DNA of 64,000 nt. It comes from a virus. Position 1 is the first letter of the stretch, and every line of letters begins with the position of its first letter. The stretch spans positions 1 to 64,000 of IMG/VR virus record IMGVR_UViG_3300027963_000048; one strand, given 5' to 3'. This document shows positions 16,951-27,490 of this stretch, piece by piece. The position numbers and the translations under genes are program-made. The notes beneath the pieces were generated by a model. That model did not search any database. It was not told the DNA's origin and was given only the letters and a program-made list of their open reading frames with translations.

Positions 16951-18963
16951 ATGCCTAGCAATTGGTTGGTATTTGACCGCATCAGGGCTTTAACTAAAAA
17001 TTTCAACATCTATCCTGTAGAACGGATTTTTAGTAATCAAAGCAATCTTGATAAATTGACAGCTGGCGGAGAATTCTTAGACTTTAACCAGTCTGCTGCT
17101 ATTCTCGATCAGACTAACCTGCAAATTAATCGGCTGGAGAGATATAAAGACTACGAACAGATGGATCAGACTGGCGAGATCAGCCTGGCGCTGGACTTAT
17201 ATGCGGACGAAGCAAGTTTGGTAGACCCAGAAGTCAAGCATACTTTGGTCATCAAGGCTAAAACACGACGAATAAAGAAGGAATTAGAAGAGCTATTTTA
17301 CAATGTACTTCATTGGGACAACCAACTTCGGCCCACTGTAAGATATCTCTGTAAGTATGGCGATTTGCCATTCGAAGTGATTCTAGATGCGAATCGCACT
17401 GGTGTAACTGCATTAAAATACATGTCAGTTTATAATTTTACGAGAATAGAGACCAGGTATGGTGACTTAGTAGGCTTCTTTTATAGCGATCCTTTGTGGA
17501 GCAAGCCGATGTTCCTGCATCCTTGGCAAGTGATGCACCTCAGGCTATCTAGCTTCGAAAACATTTTTGCACCCTATGGCCGATCAATTTTAGATGGCGG
17601 TCGTAAAGCATTTAAACAATTGCGCTTGATGGAAGACGCAGCGTTGATTTATAGAATCACTCGTGCTCCTGAAAAACGTAAATTCACCATTCCTGTTGGC
17701 AATATACCCCCCAAAGAGGTGCCTGAATATTTGCAGATGATAGCTCGTAATTTCAAACGTCAGAGGTTCTATAATCCAACTACTGGTTCGTTCGATGAAC
17801 GATATAGCCCATTGATTCAAGAAGACGATTTTTTCTTACCTAGGCGAGCCGATGGATCCGGTCCTGATGTGGAGACCTTGCCTGGTGGCGAGAATATGGA
17901 CAAGATCCAGGATATCGAGTACTTTAAGAAGAAGATGATTGCGCCGATGAAGATCCCATTTGCAAGGGTTGGTATCGGTGAGGGTGCTGGTGAAGCTAAC
18001 GAGAAAAGCCTGTCACAAAGTAGCAGTGAATTCGCTAAGTCGGTACAGTGGATTCAGCGAGAAGTGTCCGCCGGATTAACGAAGGTGGCCATTGTACATT
18101 TAGCGTTAAGAGGTTTCGGAGCTGACGATTTAAAAGGCTTTACTATAAATTGTACCGCTAATAGTGCGATGGAAGAACTTTATCGCATAGAGACGTGGGC
18201 AACTCGCGTTAACGTTATGAGCGACATCAAGGGGCTCGGCTGGTTTCCTAAAGACTGGATCGTCACGCATTTTACTGATCTGTCTCCCGATGAGATCCAA
18301 GAGATAGATGAATATGCTGCCAATGAGGAAGAAGGTGGTGGTGGAGGTGGCGGCGGCGGTAGCGGCGGTGGTAGCAGTATACTAGGAGACATGGGTGCTG
18401 GACTTGACATTGGTGGTGGAGATGAAGGTGGAGGAGATGGCGGTTTAGGTGATTTGGATCTTGGCGGTGCACCTGGGGCTGGCCCGGAAGACGCAGGAGC
18501 TGAGGCTGCTGGCGGTGAAACGCCGGATGTCGGCGGTGATGCTGCTGCTGCGGCGGCGCCACCTGAGCCAATGGAAGGTCGGATCAGGGGTTACGATTAC
18601 GAAGCTGAAGATCGAGTCATTAATGAAATGCGCAGTAATAAAAAGAAAGAGCGACGCCGTGAAATCCTTGAATCATGGCGGAAAAAACGTGGAGATTTCG
18701 TCGGAGACGAAGCGATTGTAAACGGTTTCCAAGCTTTAATGGAGTCAAAGGAGCTGGATGGTCTCACTAAAGGCGGCTACAGTGCCGCTGATGAATTCGG
18801 CTACACTAGGCCGTTGGGTAGTAGCATCTTCAAGGTGACTATTAGTGAGGATGTCATTCGAGAAGTGATTAAAGAGAATTACGAAGTAATAGTGAATAAA
18901 GATGACGTTACAGCTACGATTGGCGATTCGGTGATTTCTGAAGCGGATCTGCCTAAGATATGA
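16951..18963 (+). CDS. portal protein (T4 gp20-like) with Gly-rich linker and C-terminal extension
   Basis: LRLMEDAALIYRITRAPEKR, EDDFFLPRR, VETLPGGEN, DIEYFKKK; AGGAG RBS. Confidence 0.95.
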   Translation: MPSNWLVFDRIRALTKNFNIYPVERIFSNQSNLDKLTAGGEFLDFNQSAAILDQTNLQINRLERYKDYEQMDQTGEISLALDLYADEASLVDPEVKHTLVIKAKTRRIKKELEELFYNVLHWDNQLRPTVRYLCKYGDLPFEVILDANRTGVTALKYMSVYNFTRIETRYGDLVGFFYSDPLWSKPMFLHPWQVMHLRLSSFENIFAPYGRSILDGGRKAFKQLRLMEDAALIYRITRAPEKRKFTIPVGNIPPKEVPEYLQMIARNFKRQRFYNPTTGSFDERYSPLIQEDDFFLPRRADGSGPDVETLPGGENMDKIQDIEYFKKKMIAPMKIPFARVGIGEGAGEANEKSLSQSSSEFAKSVQWIQREVSAGLTKVAIVHLALRGFGADDLKGFTINCTANSAMEELYRIETWATRVNVMSDIKGLGWFPKDWIVTHFTDLSPDEIQEIDEYAANEEEGGGGGGGGGSGGGSSILGDMGAGLDIGGGDEGGGDGGLGDLDLGGAPGAGPEDAGAEAAGGETPDVGGDAAAAAAPPEPMEGRIRGYDYEAEDRVINEMRSNKKKERRREILESWRKKRGDFVGDEAIVNGFQALMESKELDGLTKGGYSAADEFGYTRPLGSSIFKVTISEDVIREVIKENYEVIVNKDDVTATIGDSVISEADLPKI

Positions 18964-19010
18964 TTTTTCTCGCAAACCTATTTATAAGTAGTGGTATTGA
19001 GGGATTTAAA

Positions 19011-22000
19011 ATGAGCGTCAAGAAGTCTGAGCCTGTGAAAATTGATAGTCGTAAATTTTTAAGCATTATAAATGACAGCGCTCAATCGAAGATAGCGTTC
19101 TTCGAAGATCGTGTAAAAGAAATCGGCAAAAGCCTCAGCAAAGACTACCGGCTTGCGGCGCTCCAACCTAGTGATTTGGTGTTTGAGGACGTGAATAGCA
19201 ATGAGTACTTCATCGCTAATCATAGTAAAAACAATGGTCGCATTGAGATTTCGAACATACGCCCTGTCGAAATCTATGATAACGAGAAGAAGCAGCTGTA
19301 CTTTGAAAGCTGCTTAAAGCTCGTCAATGCGATAGAGGAAAACGACCAGAAAGAAATGGGCAATGCTTTCAGCCGTATGAAAGCACAGCGGTTCAGCTCC
19401 CGCATCATCCCGGAACACGGTTACGTGGTTGGCCGTGATGGAATTAGCCGTAAGGTTAATGTTGTAGAAGGCGCTACGATTGCAGCTAAGGTCAAGCGGC
19501 AAATCGTCGAAGCGGTGGTTGATTCATTACGTGACAAAGTCGTAGTTGAAAACAATACTGTGGTAAGTGCATACTTCAATGACGGTGAGCCCGTCAACTT
19601 ACCTGTCACCAAATGGGCAGGCAGGAAGCTGATAGCCAAGAACATGCGTGAGACCGCCAAAGACGCATATCTTTCACCTGGTTTCCAAAATCGAATCGCT
19701 AAGATAGCGAAGCAAATCACCGAAGGTAAAGTGGCCGGAGCTGTTAGCTTTATCAAGCCATTCTTGTTAGAAAATGAAGAATTCACACTACTGACCAAGA
19801 AAGAACTGCACAAGCTAGTTGAGAGCACTCTAGCGACAAAGGCAGTATTTAATCAACAGCTGTGTGAAGATGTTGCGACCTTGGTATATCGCACTAACCT
19901 CAAGGTAAATCGTGATACCATCTTGAATGAATGGATGCGAATTGGTAAATTCTGCGAGCATCCAACTTTAATTGAGAACGTCCATAAGCTCGAAGAGAGC
20001 CGCAAGTTCGAAGCGTCTTATGACTGCTTCTTGCAGATGCTGTTCGAAGCTATCTCTAATCGTGAAGTCGCTGCGGAAGCTTTGGCGACGACGCTTGACA
20101 GCCTTAAGACTCGGACTCCGCGGATTTCTGAGAGCAATGACTTAAGTTCAAAGTTAGCTAGCCTCGTTTCACGCCTTCGCTCGAAGAACGTTGACGATAA
20201 CGCTATAAATGAAGCTGAAGATCTAATCGCCACTATTCAGGAAGAGCTGTCAGCTCAAGATACTCTGCAAGATTACGATTCAATGCCTGGCGCTCAAGAG
20301 GCCCAAGGTGCGCAAGAGCCAGCCGCACCACCTGCCCCCCAAGCCCCTGTGATAACCATCAATAGCCCTTTAATCAGCATCGGCGGTCAGCCAGTTGGAC
20401 AAGCCGGTGGCGATCAGGACTTGGCTGGTCTAGGGTTAGATGATATGGGCGCTGAGGCTGCAATTCCAGACCTGGGCGCTGCGCCAGCTGCCGGTGCGCC
20501 TCCTGCGACCGATGATTTTGAAATGCCGCCTGCCTCGCCGCAAGCTGCACCAGCAGCGCAACCAGCTCAAGCTCCTGCGCAAGCTGGTCAAGCGCCAGCA
20601 CGACCCGGCATGCCACGAAGCCAACCACGTCAGCCTGGTTTACCTGAATCTCGTAACAGATTTGGCTCAGCCTTAAATGAAAGCCGCCCAGTGCACCCAG
20701 AGATGCAAGCCACTGGCAAACGCAAGCCAAAACGTGGTGGCGATCATCCAGAACAATTAGCTGAGGACCGTTACTTCTATGCTGATGATGTAAGCATTGA
20801 AGGCCTTAACGCCTACGGTAATCAAACTATTCCAGAAGACCGTGTAGCACTGGTCTCGAATTACATGAAGGGCATCAAAGAGGGATCTGAAGCACATCGA
20901 CTCGTCAAAGCCTGCCGCAAAGCAGGTGTGATGGTGAGCGAAAGCGACATTGGCTCAGCCATTGAGCAGGTCCACGACTATGACCATTCTACGGAATCAG
21001 ACTCTAAAAACGCTGATCATGACGTGATGGCAGAAATCGATGCTATTCATCATGAGATCGATAGCATGCACGACCGCATTGACAGCATCGAGGACGACTC
21101 GGATGAGGTTGATTCTGAAGTCGGGGGATTAGAAGATGATGAATCCATGATGGATTCTGAAGTCGGCGGATTTGAAGACGAAGAATCCATGATAGATTCT
21201 GAAGAATCAGAAGACGAAGAATCGACGATTGATTCTGAAATCGAGGAATTGGAAGACGAGGAATCGACGATTGACTCTGAAATCGAGGAACTGGAAGACG
21301 ACAATGATGATGAATTGCCAGAGCCAGAAGAAGGCATGGCTGAATCTCAATTCAAGTTTCCTACTGCGAAAAAGAAGCGCGGTATGAAAAGCTACGCTCC
21401 ACGGGATAACAAGCGTGGACCGGTAGCCGAAGGCGCCATAAAATGGTTAAGAAAGCAAAGTGATGCTGTCCTTGGTGAAGCACGCGGTGTTAAATTCATC
21501 TTGGACCATGGTAATCACGACCCTGATTTCTTGCCAGCTTTACTAAGTGAGGATGGTGAGATTCAAATTCCGATGCCAAAACAGCTGCATGAAGATGCAT
21601 ACGCTTTGGCTGATCGGAATCAGGTGAGCCATAGGCTTCACCAATACATCTTGCGCAATGTGACCGTTCTGCGACCCATCAGTGAATCCGAAGACACAGA
21701 AATTAATCAGACGGTCGCTGAGATCCAACGCAACGCCGATGGTGGCTTAAGTATCAACGTCACTGACCCATCCATCACTGTTCATAATTCTGGCTCTGAA
21801 ATGGCTCCAGTCGATGGAGTTGCAGCCGAATTACCAGCGCCAGATGAAGCAACGGACGATTCGATGCCTGATTTTGGTGGCAATGAATTAGATGAGTTGG
21901 AAGAAGAAGGCGAAGACGAGGAGATGGAAGAAGACGAAGAAGAAGGCGAAGATGAGGACGAGGAGATGGAAGAGGACGAAGAAGAAGGCGAAGACGAGGA

Positions 22001-22235
22001 GATGGAAGAAGACGAAGATGAAGAAGAAGATGAGGGCGTAGCTGAAGACAACGACATCACCAGTCCCGCTCATAACAGCTACAAGGGTCTACTGAATCAA
22101 GATCCTCGACAAGACGTTGAAGTGAAAATGCCACATAAAAACAAGGGCGATCAAGAAGAAGGATTTGGTGGCACCAGGTCCTTGAAGAAGATCGACAAAA
22201 AGGGTAACACTCCTAATGTCAAATTCGAGGAATAA
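19011..22235 (+). CDS. large acidic prohead core/scaffold-like protein (1075 aa)
   Basis: Between portal and protease (the T4 gp67/gp68 position); many LxE/IxE sites, Pro/Ala linker, acidic repeats. Confidence 0.6.
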   Translation: MSVKKSEPVKIDSRKFLSIINDSAQSKIAFFEDRVKEIGKSLSKDYRLAALQPSDLVFEDVNSNEYFIANHSKNNGRIEISNIRPVEIYDNEKKQLYFESCLKLVNAIEENDQKEMGNAFSRMKAQRFSSRIIPEHGYVVGRDGISRKVNVVEGATIAAKVKRQIVEAVVDSLRDKVVVENNTVVSAYFNDGEPVNLPVTKWAGRKLIAKNMRETAKDAYLSPGFQNRIAKIAKQITEGKVAGAVSFIKPFLLENEEFTLLTKKELHKLVESTLATKAVFNQQLCEDVATLVYRTNLKVNRDTILNEWMRIGKFCEHPTLIENVHKLEESRKFEASYDCFLQMLFEAISNREVAAEALATTLDSLKTRTPRISESNDLSSKLASLVSRLRSKNVDDNAINEAEDLIATIQEELSAQDTLQDYDSMPGAQEAQGAQEPAAPPAPQAPVITINSPLISIGGQPVGQAGGDQDLAGLGLDDMGAEAAIPDLGAAPAAGAPPATDDFEMPPASPQAAPAAQPAQAPAQAGQAPARPGMPRSQPRQPGLPESRNRFGSALNESRPVHPEMQATGKRKPKRGGDHPEQLAEDRYFYADDVSIEGLNAYGNQTIPEDRVALVSNYMKGIKEGSEAHRLVKACRKAGVMVSESDIGSAIEQVHDYDHSTESDSKNADHDVMAEIDAIHHEIDSMHDRIDSIEDDSDEVDSEVGGLEDDESMMDSEVGGFEDEESMIDSEESEDEESTIDSEIEELEDEESTIDSEIEELEDDNDDELPEPEEGMAESQFKFPTAKKKRGMKSYAPRDNKRGPVAEGAIKWLRKQSDAVLGEARGVKFILDHGNHDPDFLPALLSEDGEIQIPMPKQLHEDAYALADRNQVSHRLHQYILRNVTVLRPISESEDTEINQTVAEIQRNADGGLSINVTDPSITVHNSGSEMAPVDGVAAELPAPDEATDDSMPDFGGNELDELEEEGEDEEMEEDEEEGEDEDEEMEEDEEEGEDEEMEEDEDEEEDEGVAEDNDITSPAHNSYKGLLNQDPRQDVEVKMPHKNKGDQEEGFGGTRSLKKIDKKGNTPNVKFEE
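21111..21300 (+). repeat. five ~42-nt (14-aa) tandem repeats, DSE(V/I)xxLEDEES(M/T)(M/I)
   Basis: ga(t/c)tctgaa units start at 21111, 21153, 21195, 21231 and 21273. Confidence 0.85.
21890..22040 (+). repeat. Glu/Asp repeat, about three copies of EEEGEDEEMEED
   Basis: Repeated gaagaagaaggcgaagacgaggagatggaag-like units. Confidence 0.8.
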
Positions 22236-22239
22236 TCCA

Positions 22240-22965
22240 ATGCAGAGTAGAACGACGGTGAGAAGCGTGGCTTTGAACCGCCGACTAATCGCTGAGACCG
22301 GCGCTATCCCTGCCGGTCTTCGGTTAATCCGCGATACAATGCCATTTGAACCACTCGATACAAAAATGACCGTGAACGAAGACGCTCATGGTCGAGAAGT
22401 CCATGTGATGCGAGTCAAGGGCCTCTTTCAAATGGGCGATCTTAGCAATGCTAACGGTCGTTATTACTCCACTAGAGAAGTGCTAGTACCAGCGGTACAG
22501 AGCATCCAAGAAGATGTCTCCGGCCGAGCGGTGATGGGAGAATTTGATCACCCAGCTGACGCAAAAATCCATCTAAATAATGTTAGCCATCTCATCACTA
22601 ACATTTGGATGGAAGGCCAAAAAGTTTACGGTGAAGCTGAAATTCTACACCGTTTACCAATGGGCGCCTGCTTACGTGGTCTATTCGAGCACAAAGTACG
22701 TGTCGGCATCAGCAGCCGCGGCGTCGGCGATATGGAGATGATCGAATCGGGTGGACAGCAACTCTATCGAGTTATGCCTGGATACACCTTCGTAACTTGG
22801 GATGCCGTCGCTGAGCCTTCTGTCTCTGGAGCCATTCTACATAACATACAGGAAGGCCTTTATAAAAAGGTCAACGCTGTCAAAAAGATGAAACCGCAAT
22901 TGCGACCAGAGACTTACCAAAAGACCTTGGTTGAAGAAATAAACAAGTATTTTGGCATTAAGTAA
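22240..22965 (+). CDS. prohead core protease (T4 gp21-like)
   Basis: NANGRYY, GEFDHP (His), GISSRGVG (Ser), WDAVAEPS (Asp). Confidence 0.95.
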   Translation: MQSRTTVRSVALNRRLIAETGAIPAGLRLIRDTMPFEPLDTKMTVNEDAHGREVHVMRVKGLFQMGDLSNANGRYYSTREVLVPAVQSIQEDVSGRAVMGEFDHPADAKIHLNNVSHLITNIWMEGQKVYGEAEILHRLPMGACLRGLFEHKVRVGISSRGVGDMEMIESGGQQLYRVMPGYTFVTWDAVAEPSVSGAILHNIQEGLYKKVNAVKKMKPQLRPETYQKTLVEEINKYFGIK

Positions 22966-22975
22966 TATAGTGTAT

Positions 22976-23015
22976 TGACCTCCAGGAGAAATGCTTTTGG
23001 AGGTCACAGTATTTT
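22976..23015 (+). terminator. stem-loop after the protease gene
   Basis: tgacctccaggag/cttttggaggtca stem with two GU pairs, then cagtatttt. Confidence 0.6.
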
Positions 23016-23066
23016 CACCGATAAATATCACATAAACATGCCAACTTTATAAGCTGGGGAAACCAC

Positions 23067-23618
23067 ATGCTCAAAGCTGAAATCGTTCGTCTCAATAATA
23101 GCGTGATTAATAGCGTCGATTTGACGCAGCACTTATCTAGTGTGGATAAGGACTTTGTCAAGGTTTTCACTGCAGATTCTGGACAAGAACATTATAAGTT
23201 ACTTGCGCATTTATCGAATATTTGGTCTCCTATTACTATATTGGACGTTGGCACTTATAAAGGTTATTCAGCTTTAGCGCTTGCTAGCAATAGGTTAAAT
23301 AAGGTCGTTTCTTACGACGTTAATAAACAACACCAACAAGTAAATCGTGAGAATTTAGAATACAGGATCGGCGATGCTAGGGATTTCGAAAATTTCGCTG
23401 ATGTCAAATTAATACTTTTGGATACGGCGCATGATGGTGTTTTTGAACGGCTTTTCATCGACCATTTGATTAAGATTAAATGGTCAGGGCTAATGCTAAT
23501 GGATGATATCCATCACTTCGATGATCTGAAGCTTTTATGGGGTGAATTAAGACTCGAAAAGCATGATTTAACACATGTTGGCCATTGGTCAGGTACTGGT
23601 CTGCTTTGCTTCGATTAG
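23067..23618 (+). CDS. class I SAM-dependent methyltransferase (Methyltransf_24-like)
   Basis: ILDVGTYKGYSA, ILLDTAHDG, LMDDI. Confidence 0.8.
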   Translation: MLKAEIVRLNNSVINSVDLTQHLSSVDKDFVKVFTADSGQEHYKLLAHLSNIWSPITILDVGTYKGYSALALASNRLNKVVSYDVNKQHQQVNRENLEYRIGDARDFENFADVKLILLDTAHDGVFERLFIDHLIKIKWSGLMLMDDIHHFDDLKLLWGELRLEKHDLTHVGHWSGTGLLCFD

Positions 23619-24357
23619 TGCAAATATTTGATTATATTCGGCGACAAGGCCAAGTTCCTCTACCACTGAATAGAGCAGGCCATTCCGTGGTAGTATAGTG
23701 TTATTGCCTATCATTATAGCATCTTTTCTGAGGACGAATTCTAGGTATTCTTTATCTGATAGGTGGTTGACATATTCATTTTCACGCCATGTCTTAGCGT
23801 TTTGCGTTCGGTGCCGTTTGTATTGGTCCACACTAAAGTAACCTATATCAATCACTGGCAATACATTTAATTCGGTCGGATCAAATGCGCCGAGATGTGA
23901 CCAACCATCACAGTAAGCACCGTCGAAAGTAAAACGTTTAGTCGAGTCTTTGCCTAGGATCGTGACGCCGAAGTAACTGCTACGCAACCATGAATAATCT
24001 AATATGTCTAACAGCAACGGCTGTGACCTGTGTGCTGCTAGCGGTTAAGCAATAATCTAGGATAAGTTTTCTACCATACTCTGTAATATGCATATCTGCT
24101 TGTTGCCACACTACGAAATCTGCATGGTGTTCAGCGTATAGCTTTTCCAGACAGATATTCTGAGCTGTAGCGATATCGGATGGCTCATTGATGTGATAGT
24201 TTATGATCTCTGCTTCGATGTTCGATTTAGCTAGGTGCTGTTTATTGTAATCATCCGAACAGTAAATGATGAGGTTAGGGTCTTTCTTTTTAAGGTACCA
24301 CAATGGATATTCTATAAGGTCTTGCTTATCGACATAAGTCGCAAATACTACTTTCAT
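23589..24357 (-). pseudogene. frameshifted glycosyltransferase-like gene (two overlapping ORFs)
   Basis: ORF 24357-23980 (DLIEYP, DFVVWQQAD) stops at TAG while a +1 frame continues to 23589; junction near 23985. Confidence 0.55.
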
Positions 24358-24468
24358 CTTAACCTCAATTATAAGTTATTGAGCAAACGGCAACAGTGAT
24401 TTAACCATGCAACGCTGTCGTATGTACATACTATTTACGGTAAAATATAATTTAAACGTGAGCTGCAA

Positions 24469-25104
24469 ATGAAAATCACTGTTGGAATACCTGTTATATA
24501 TTGTGCAAGCTGCGTCAGCCATTGTATCGGTAATATCAAAAATCAGGACGTGGAACTCTTATTTGTAGACAATAATTCCGACATGGCCATCAAGCAACTT
24601 ATAAGGCCATATAGAACGATTGTAAATCCTAAAAACGTTTATGTAAACCCAGCGTGGAATCAATTGATGGCTGCGTTCCTAGAGTCTGATCGTGATTTAT
24701 TGATTATTATGAACAGTGACTTGTACGTGAAGCATGACTTGATTTCTAAATTAAAGCTGCTGCCGTTAGATGAGGAGAAAATCATCGTATGCCTTAACCT
24801 CGCTTCAGAATTTGTGGAAGCTCCAAGGACGGTGACCAAGATAAATGGTGGCGCAGCTGGCGTGTTCTTGGCACTCACCAAGGCCATGGTGAAATTGGTC
24901 TATCCTATACCCGATTCGATTAAACTATGGTTTGGGGACAATTGGATTTATCAAAGGCTGCAAAAGCACGGGTATCAATTAACAATATATAGCGATCTCC
25001 AAGCTAAACACGGATCGAGCGCTAGTGTTAGTGTTCTACCGGAAGCTTGTGAAGTCATAGAAAGGGATAAAGTAGCATGGGAAGCCCTACAACAAATGAT
25101 TTAA
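24469..25104 (+). CDS. glycosyltransferase, GT2-like
   Basis: ITVGIPV, LFVDNNSD, NPAWN, IIMNSDL, WFGDNW. Confidence 0.8.
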   Translation: MKITVGIPVIYCASCVSHCIGNIKNQDVELLFVDNNSDMAIKQLIRPYRTIVNPKNVYVNPAWNQLMAAFLESDRDLLIIMNSDLYVKHDLISKLKLLPLDEEKIIVCLNLASEFVEAPRTVTKINGGAAGVFLALTKAMVKLVYPIPDSIKLWFGDNWIYQRLQKHGYQLTIYSDLQAKHGSSASVSVLPEACEVIERDKVAWEALQQMI

Positions 25105-25673
25105 AGCATAATTTGATATTAAATCGTTTAATAAAGAATAAGTCTTATCGGACGTATGTGGAGATAGGCGTCCAATATAAGGCAAATTGGGACACTATTG
25201 AATGTGCGCATATGGTCGGTGTTGAGCCAGTCGGTGATTTAAGCGACGATCGCATCATCAAGGTCAGCAGCGATGAGTTTTTCAGGACGAACGATAAGTT
25301 TTTCGATTTGATCTTTATTGATGGCGATCATACAGCAGCAGCTGTGTCTCGTGATCTGACCAACGCAGCGAAATGGTTAGCTGAAGGCGGGACCATCGTA
25401 TTACATGACGCCTATCCGCCAGACGAAAGGCACACAACGCCTTATCTTTGTGGCACAGTATACGAGGCTGTATGGCACTTCAGAAGGCACGGTGGCTTTA
25501 AGGTCTTAACGTACGCAGGTGATTTCGGTGTCTGCCTTCTAAAGCGTGATCATGCGATACTACCCACGGTTCACGCCGTTAGTGATTATCTTACATATGT
25601 GACGCATGCCGATGAGATAATCAATCTTAAACGGATTGATGAAGAATTCTTAGCTGCATTAGATGCGTTCTAA
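25077..25673 (+). CDS. class I SAM-dependent methyltransferase (Methyltransf_24-like)
   Basis: YVEIGV, SSDEFF, FDLIFIDGDHT, GGTIVLHD. Confidence 0.85.
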   Translation: MGSPTTNDLKHNLILNRLIKNKSYRTYVEIGVQYKANWDTIECAHMVGVEPVGDLSDDRIIKVSSDEFFRTNDKFFDLIFIDGDHTAAAVSRDLTNAAKWLAEGGTIVLHDAYPPDERHTTPYLCGTVYEAVWHFRRHGGFKVLTYAGDFGVCLLKRDHAILPTVHAVSDYLTYVTHADEIINLKRIDEEFLAALDAF

Positions 25674-26390
25674 ATTGTAATACGGATGCTGATGCATGTA
25701 ATGCGGTAGTGTCGATTTATCGAAATCATTTAAGTCCCACACTCCATGACATGTAGGATGTAAATCTGTGTTACGTGTATTTGGCCATTCTTTAAAAGTA
25801 TGAAGCCAATCTGGACGCCATTCGCTTCTATGGCCATGAATGGACAGCTTATATTCGATATTATCGATTGTTCTTGCGTAACCAAAATGGTAGACTCTGC
25901 CTTCAAGATAATTATGACCAACAGGTGCGTTTGGCATTATGATGCGTACTGGCATCATCTCGTCTGTAGCGACTTTATTGAAGGAGCGCCAAAATGTCAG
26001 CATCCGTATTAAATTATATCTGCAATTACCGCCGTATGCTTTTTTGATCGCATTTTCTAAGACATTTTGGTCCCATACTTCATCGGTGTCCACTGCTAAG
26101 ATCATATCAGCTTTTGCAGCACTGGCAATGGTATAGATGGTGTCACGATGTTGACCTTCAGTACCCCAATGCCCTTGATGCCAGTGCAATTTTCCTTTGG
26201 GATCACCAAATTGACTGCATGCTTCTTTTATTTTTATTAAAGAGTCAGGGTTAACTAGGCGGCTTGCATGCCCATGTGACGGCTTGTCTGTATATAGTAT
26301 ATGTATTTGGTCAACGTGATCATATATGCTCTTCAAAGAGTATGCTAGGTAATCTGAGCCATAATGGATTGGATAATATGCTATGATCAT
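25659..26390 (-). CDS. glycosyltransferase, GT-A fold
   Basis: LKSIYDHVDQI, ILAVDTDEVW (DxD), YHFGYAR. Confidence 0.75.
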   Translation of the reverse strand: MIIAYYPIHYGSDYLAYSLKSIYDHVDQIHILYTDKPSHGHASRLVNPDSLIKIKEACSQFGDPKGKLHWHQGHWGTEGQHRDTIYTIASAAKADMILAVDTDEVWDQNVLENAIKKAYGGNCRYNLIRMLTFWRSFNKVATDEMMPVRIIMPNAPVGHNYLEGRVYHFGYARTIDNIEYKLSIHGHRSEWRPDWLHTFKEWPNTRNTDLHPTCHGVWDLNDFDKSTLPHYMHQHPYYNLERI

Positions 26391-26395
26391 CGTAG

Positions 26396-27490
26396 ATGCT
26401 CCATGAACCTTATCTATCTATGAATTTATTTAAAGCCTATGTTGACTATTATGGAAATGACAATAAAGAAGCTTTGTTAGAAGCTATCAAAAATTACGAC
26501 TGGGTCAATTATGAATTTGAATTGAAAGCCGTGTTTGATGCAAAGCCATCGCCGCGTGGGCAAAGTCACAAGCTTGATACTAGTGGTTCGACAGGCTTCC
26601 GTAGATCTTATGAATTTGGGCCGCATTGGGAATTTTGGTTATTGGGTCTGGAAACGGAGGTCAAAAATCAGTGCAATCACCCAGTGTTAATAGTAACGGA
26701 GGATTATGATTACTTGTACAATAGGCCACAGTTAGCTGGGCGTATGCATATTAACTGGCATCCGATGGAACCTTACGGTGTGACATGCTACCGCATCAAT
26801 TACACAGATCCATCTGAGGAATTCTTTAGATTTGTAGAGTCTTATGGCCCTTTTTCGGTTCAAACTACCCCAAAATGTGTTCTGAGCCTCGGCAAAAATG
26901 CGTCGTTCGTCAGAGCGATGCTACGCAGCGGTTCTACGCTTAGCACCACGAATTATGAGCCATTCTACAGCACTAGTTTATTTGTTAATGATAATAATAT
27001 AACTTGGGATAGTGGATTTGCTTTTTATACGTGCTCTTACGGGCATAAGCATTTGTTGCCCACGTTCTATGTAGCTGGAGGTTTATGTTATAGCCTAGTT
27101 AACGTGAACCATCAAATCGGCAGCGCTGCGGACCTGATCAGATTGAATGATTGCGTGATGTGCGAGTGTGGGAAGAAACGTGTTGAATTTGATTTTATTC
27201 CGCACATTAAAACCCAGCCTATGATCGGTAATCGTCTTTTATATAATCCAAGATTGGCTGACAGGTTAGTGGGGAGGTATACCAACATGCAATTCATTAA
27301 AGTGGTTGATAAGCTGGTGTGTGTCTATGAAGGTGAGATGGTTGACGATGATCTTTTAAGGGCTTTTGGTGTTGACGAATTTTTGCCTGATTCTTTCTGT
27401 TGCACTGCTAGATCTCATGACAAGATGGCCGCTTTTTGTGACATTACATTTCAATCGGACAAGTGCGTTAAGCAGAGAAAAAATAAGTAA
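26396..27490 (+). CDS. CapK/phenylacetate-CoA ligase-like adenylate-forming protein (diverged)
   Basis: P-loop TSGSTG, DLIRL..CECGK hinge, MQFI; start may be 26420. Confidence 0.6.
   Translation: MLHEPYLSMNLFKAYVDYYGNDNKEALLEAIKNYDWVNYEFELKAVFDAKPSPRGQSHKLDTSGSTGFRRSYEFGPHWEFWLLGLETEVKNQCNHPVLIVTEDYDYLYNRPQLAGRMHINWHPMEPYGVTCYRINYTDPSEEFFRFVESYGPFSVQTTPKCVLSLGKNASFVRAMLRSGSTLSTTNYEPFYSTSLFVNDNNITWDSGFAFYTCSYGHKHLLPTFYVAGGLCYSLVNVNHQIGSAADLIRLNDCVMCECGKKRVEFDFIPHIKTQPMIGNRLLYNPRLADRLVGRYTNMQFIKVVDKLVCVYEGEMVDDDLLRAFGVDEFLPDSFCCTARSHDKMAAFCDITFQSDKCVKQRKNK

Noticed and set aside
18979-18986. TATTTATA upstream of the large core gene as a late promoter
   Set aside because: It is the reverse complement of the T4 consensus and I noticed it only once, which is too little support.
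21050-22073. Poly-Ser and Phe-rich minus-strand ORFs
   Set aside because: Antisense shadows of the acidic repeats in the 19011-22235 gene.
23980-23982. Stop-codon reassignment (TAG or TGA read-through)
   Set aside because: Reading through this TAG meets TAA within about 14 codons, and core genes are intact in code 11 using all three stops.
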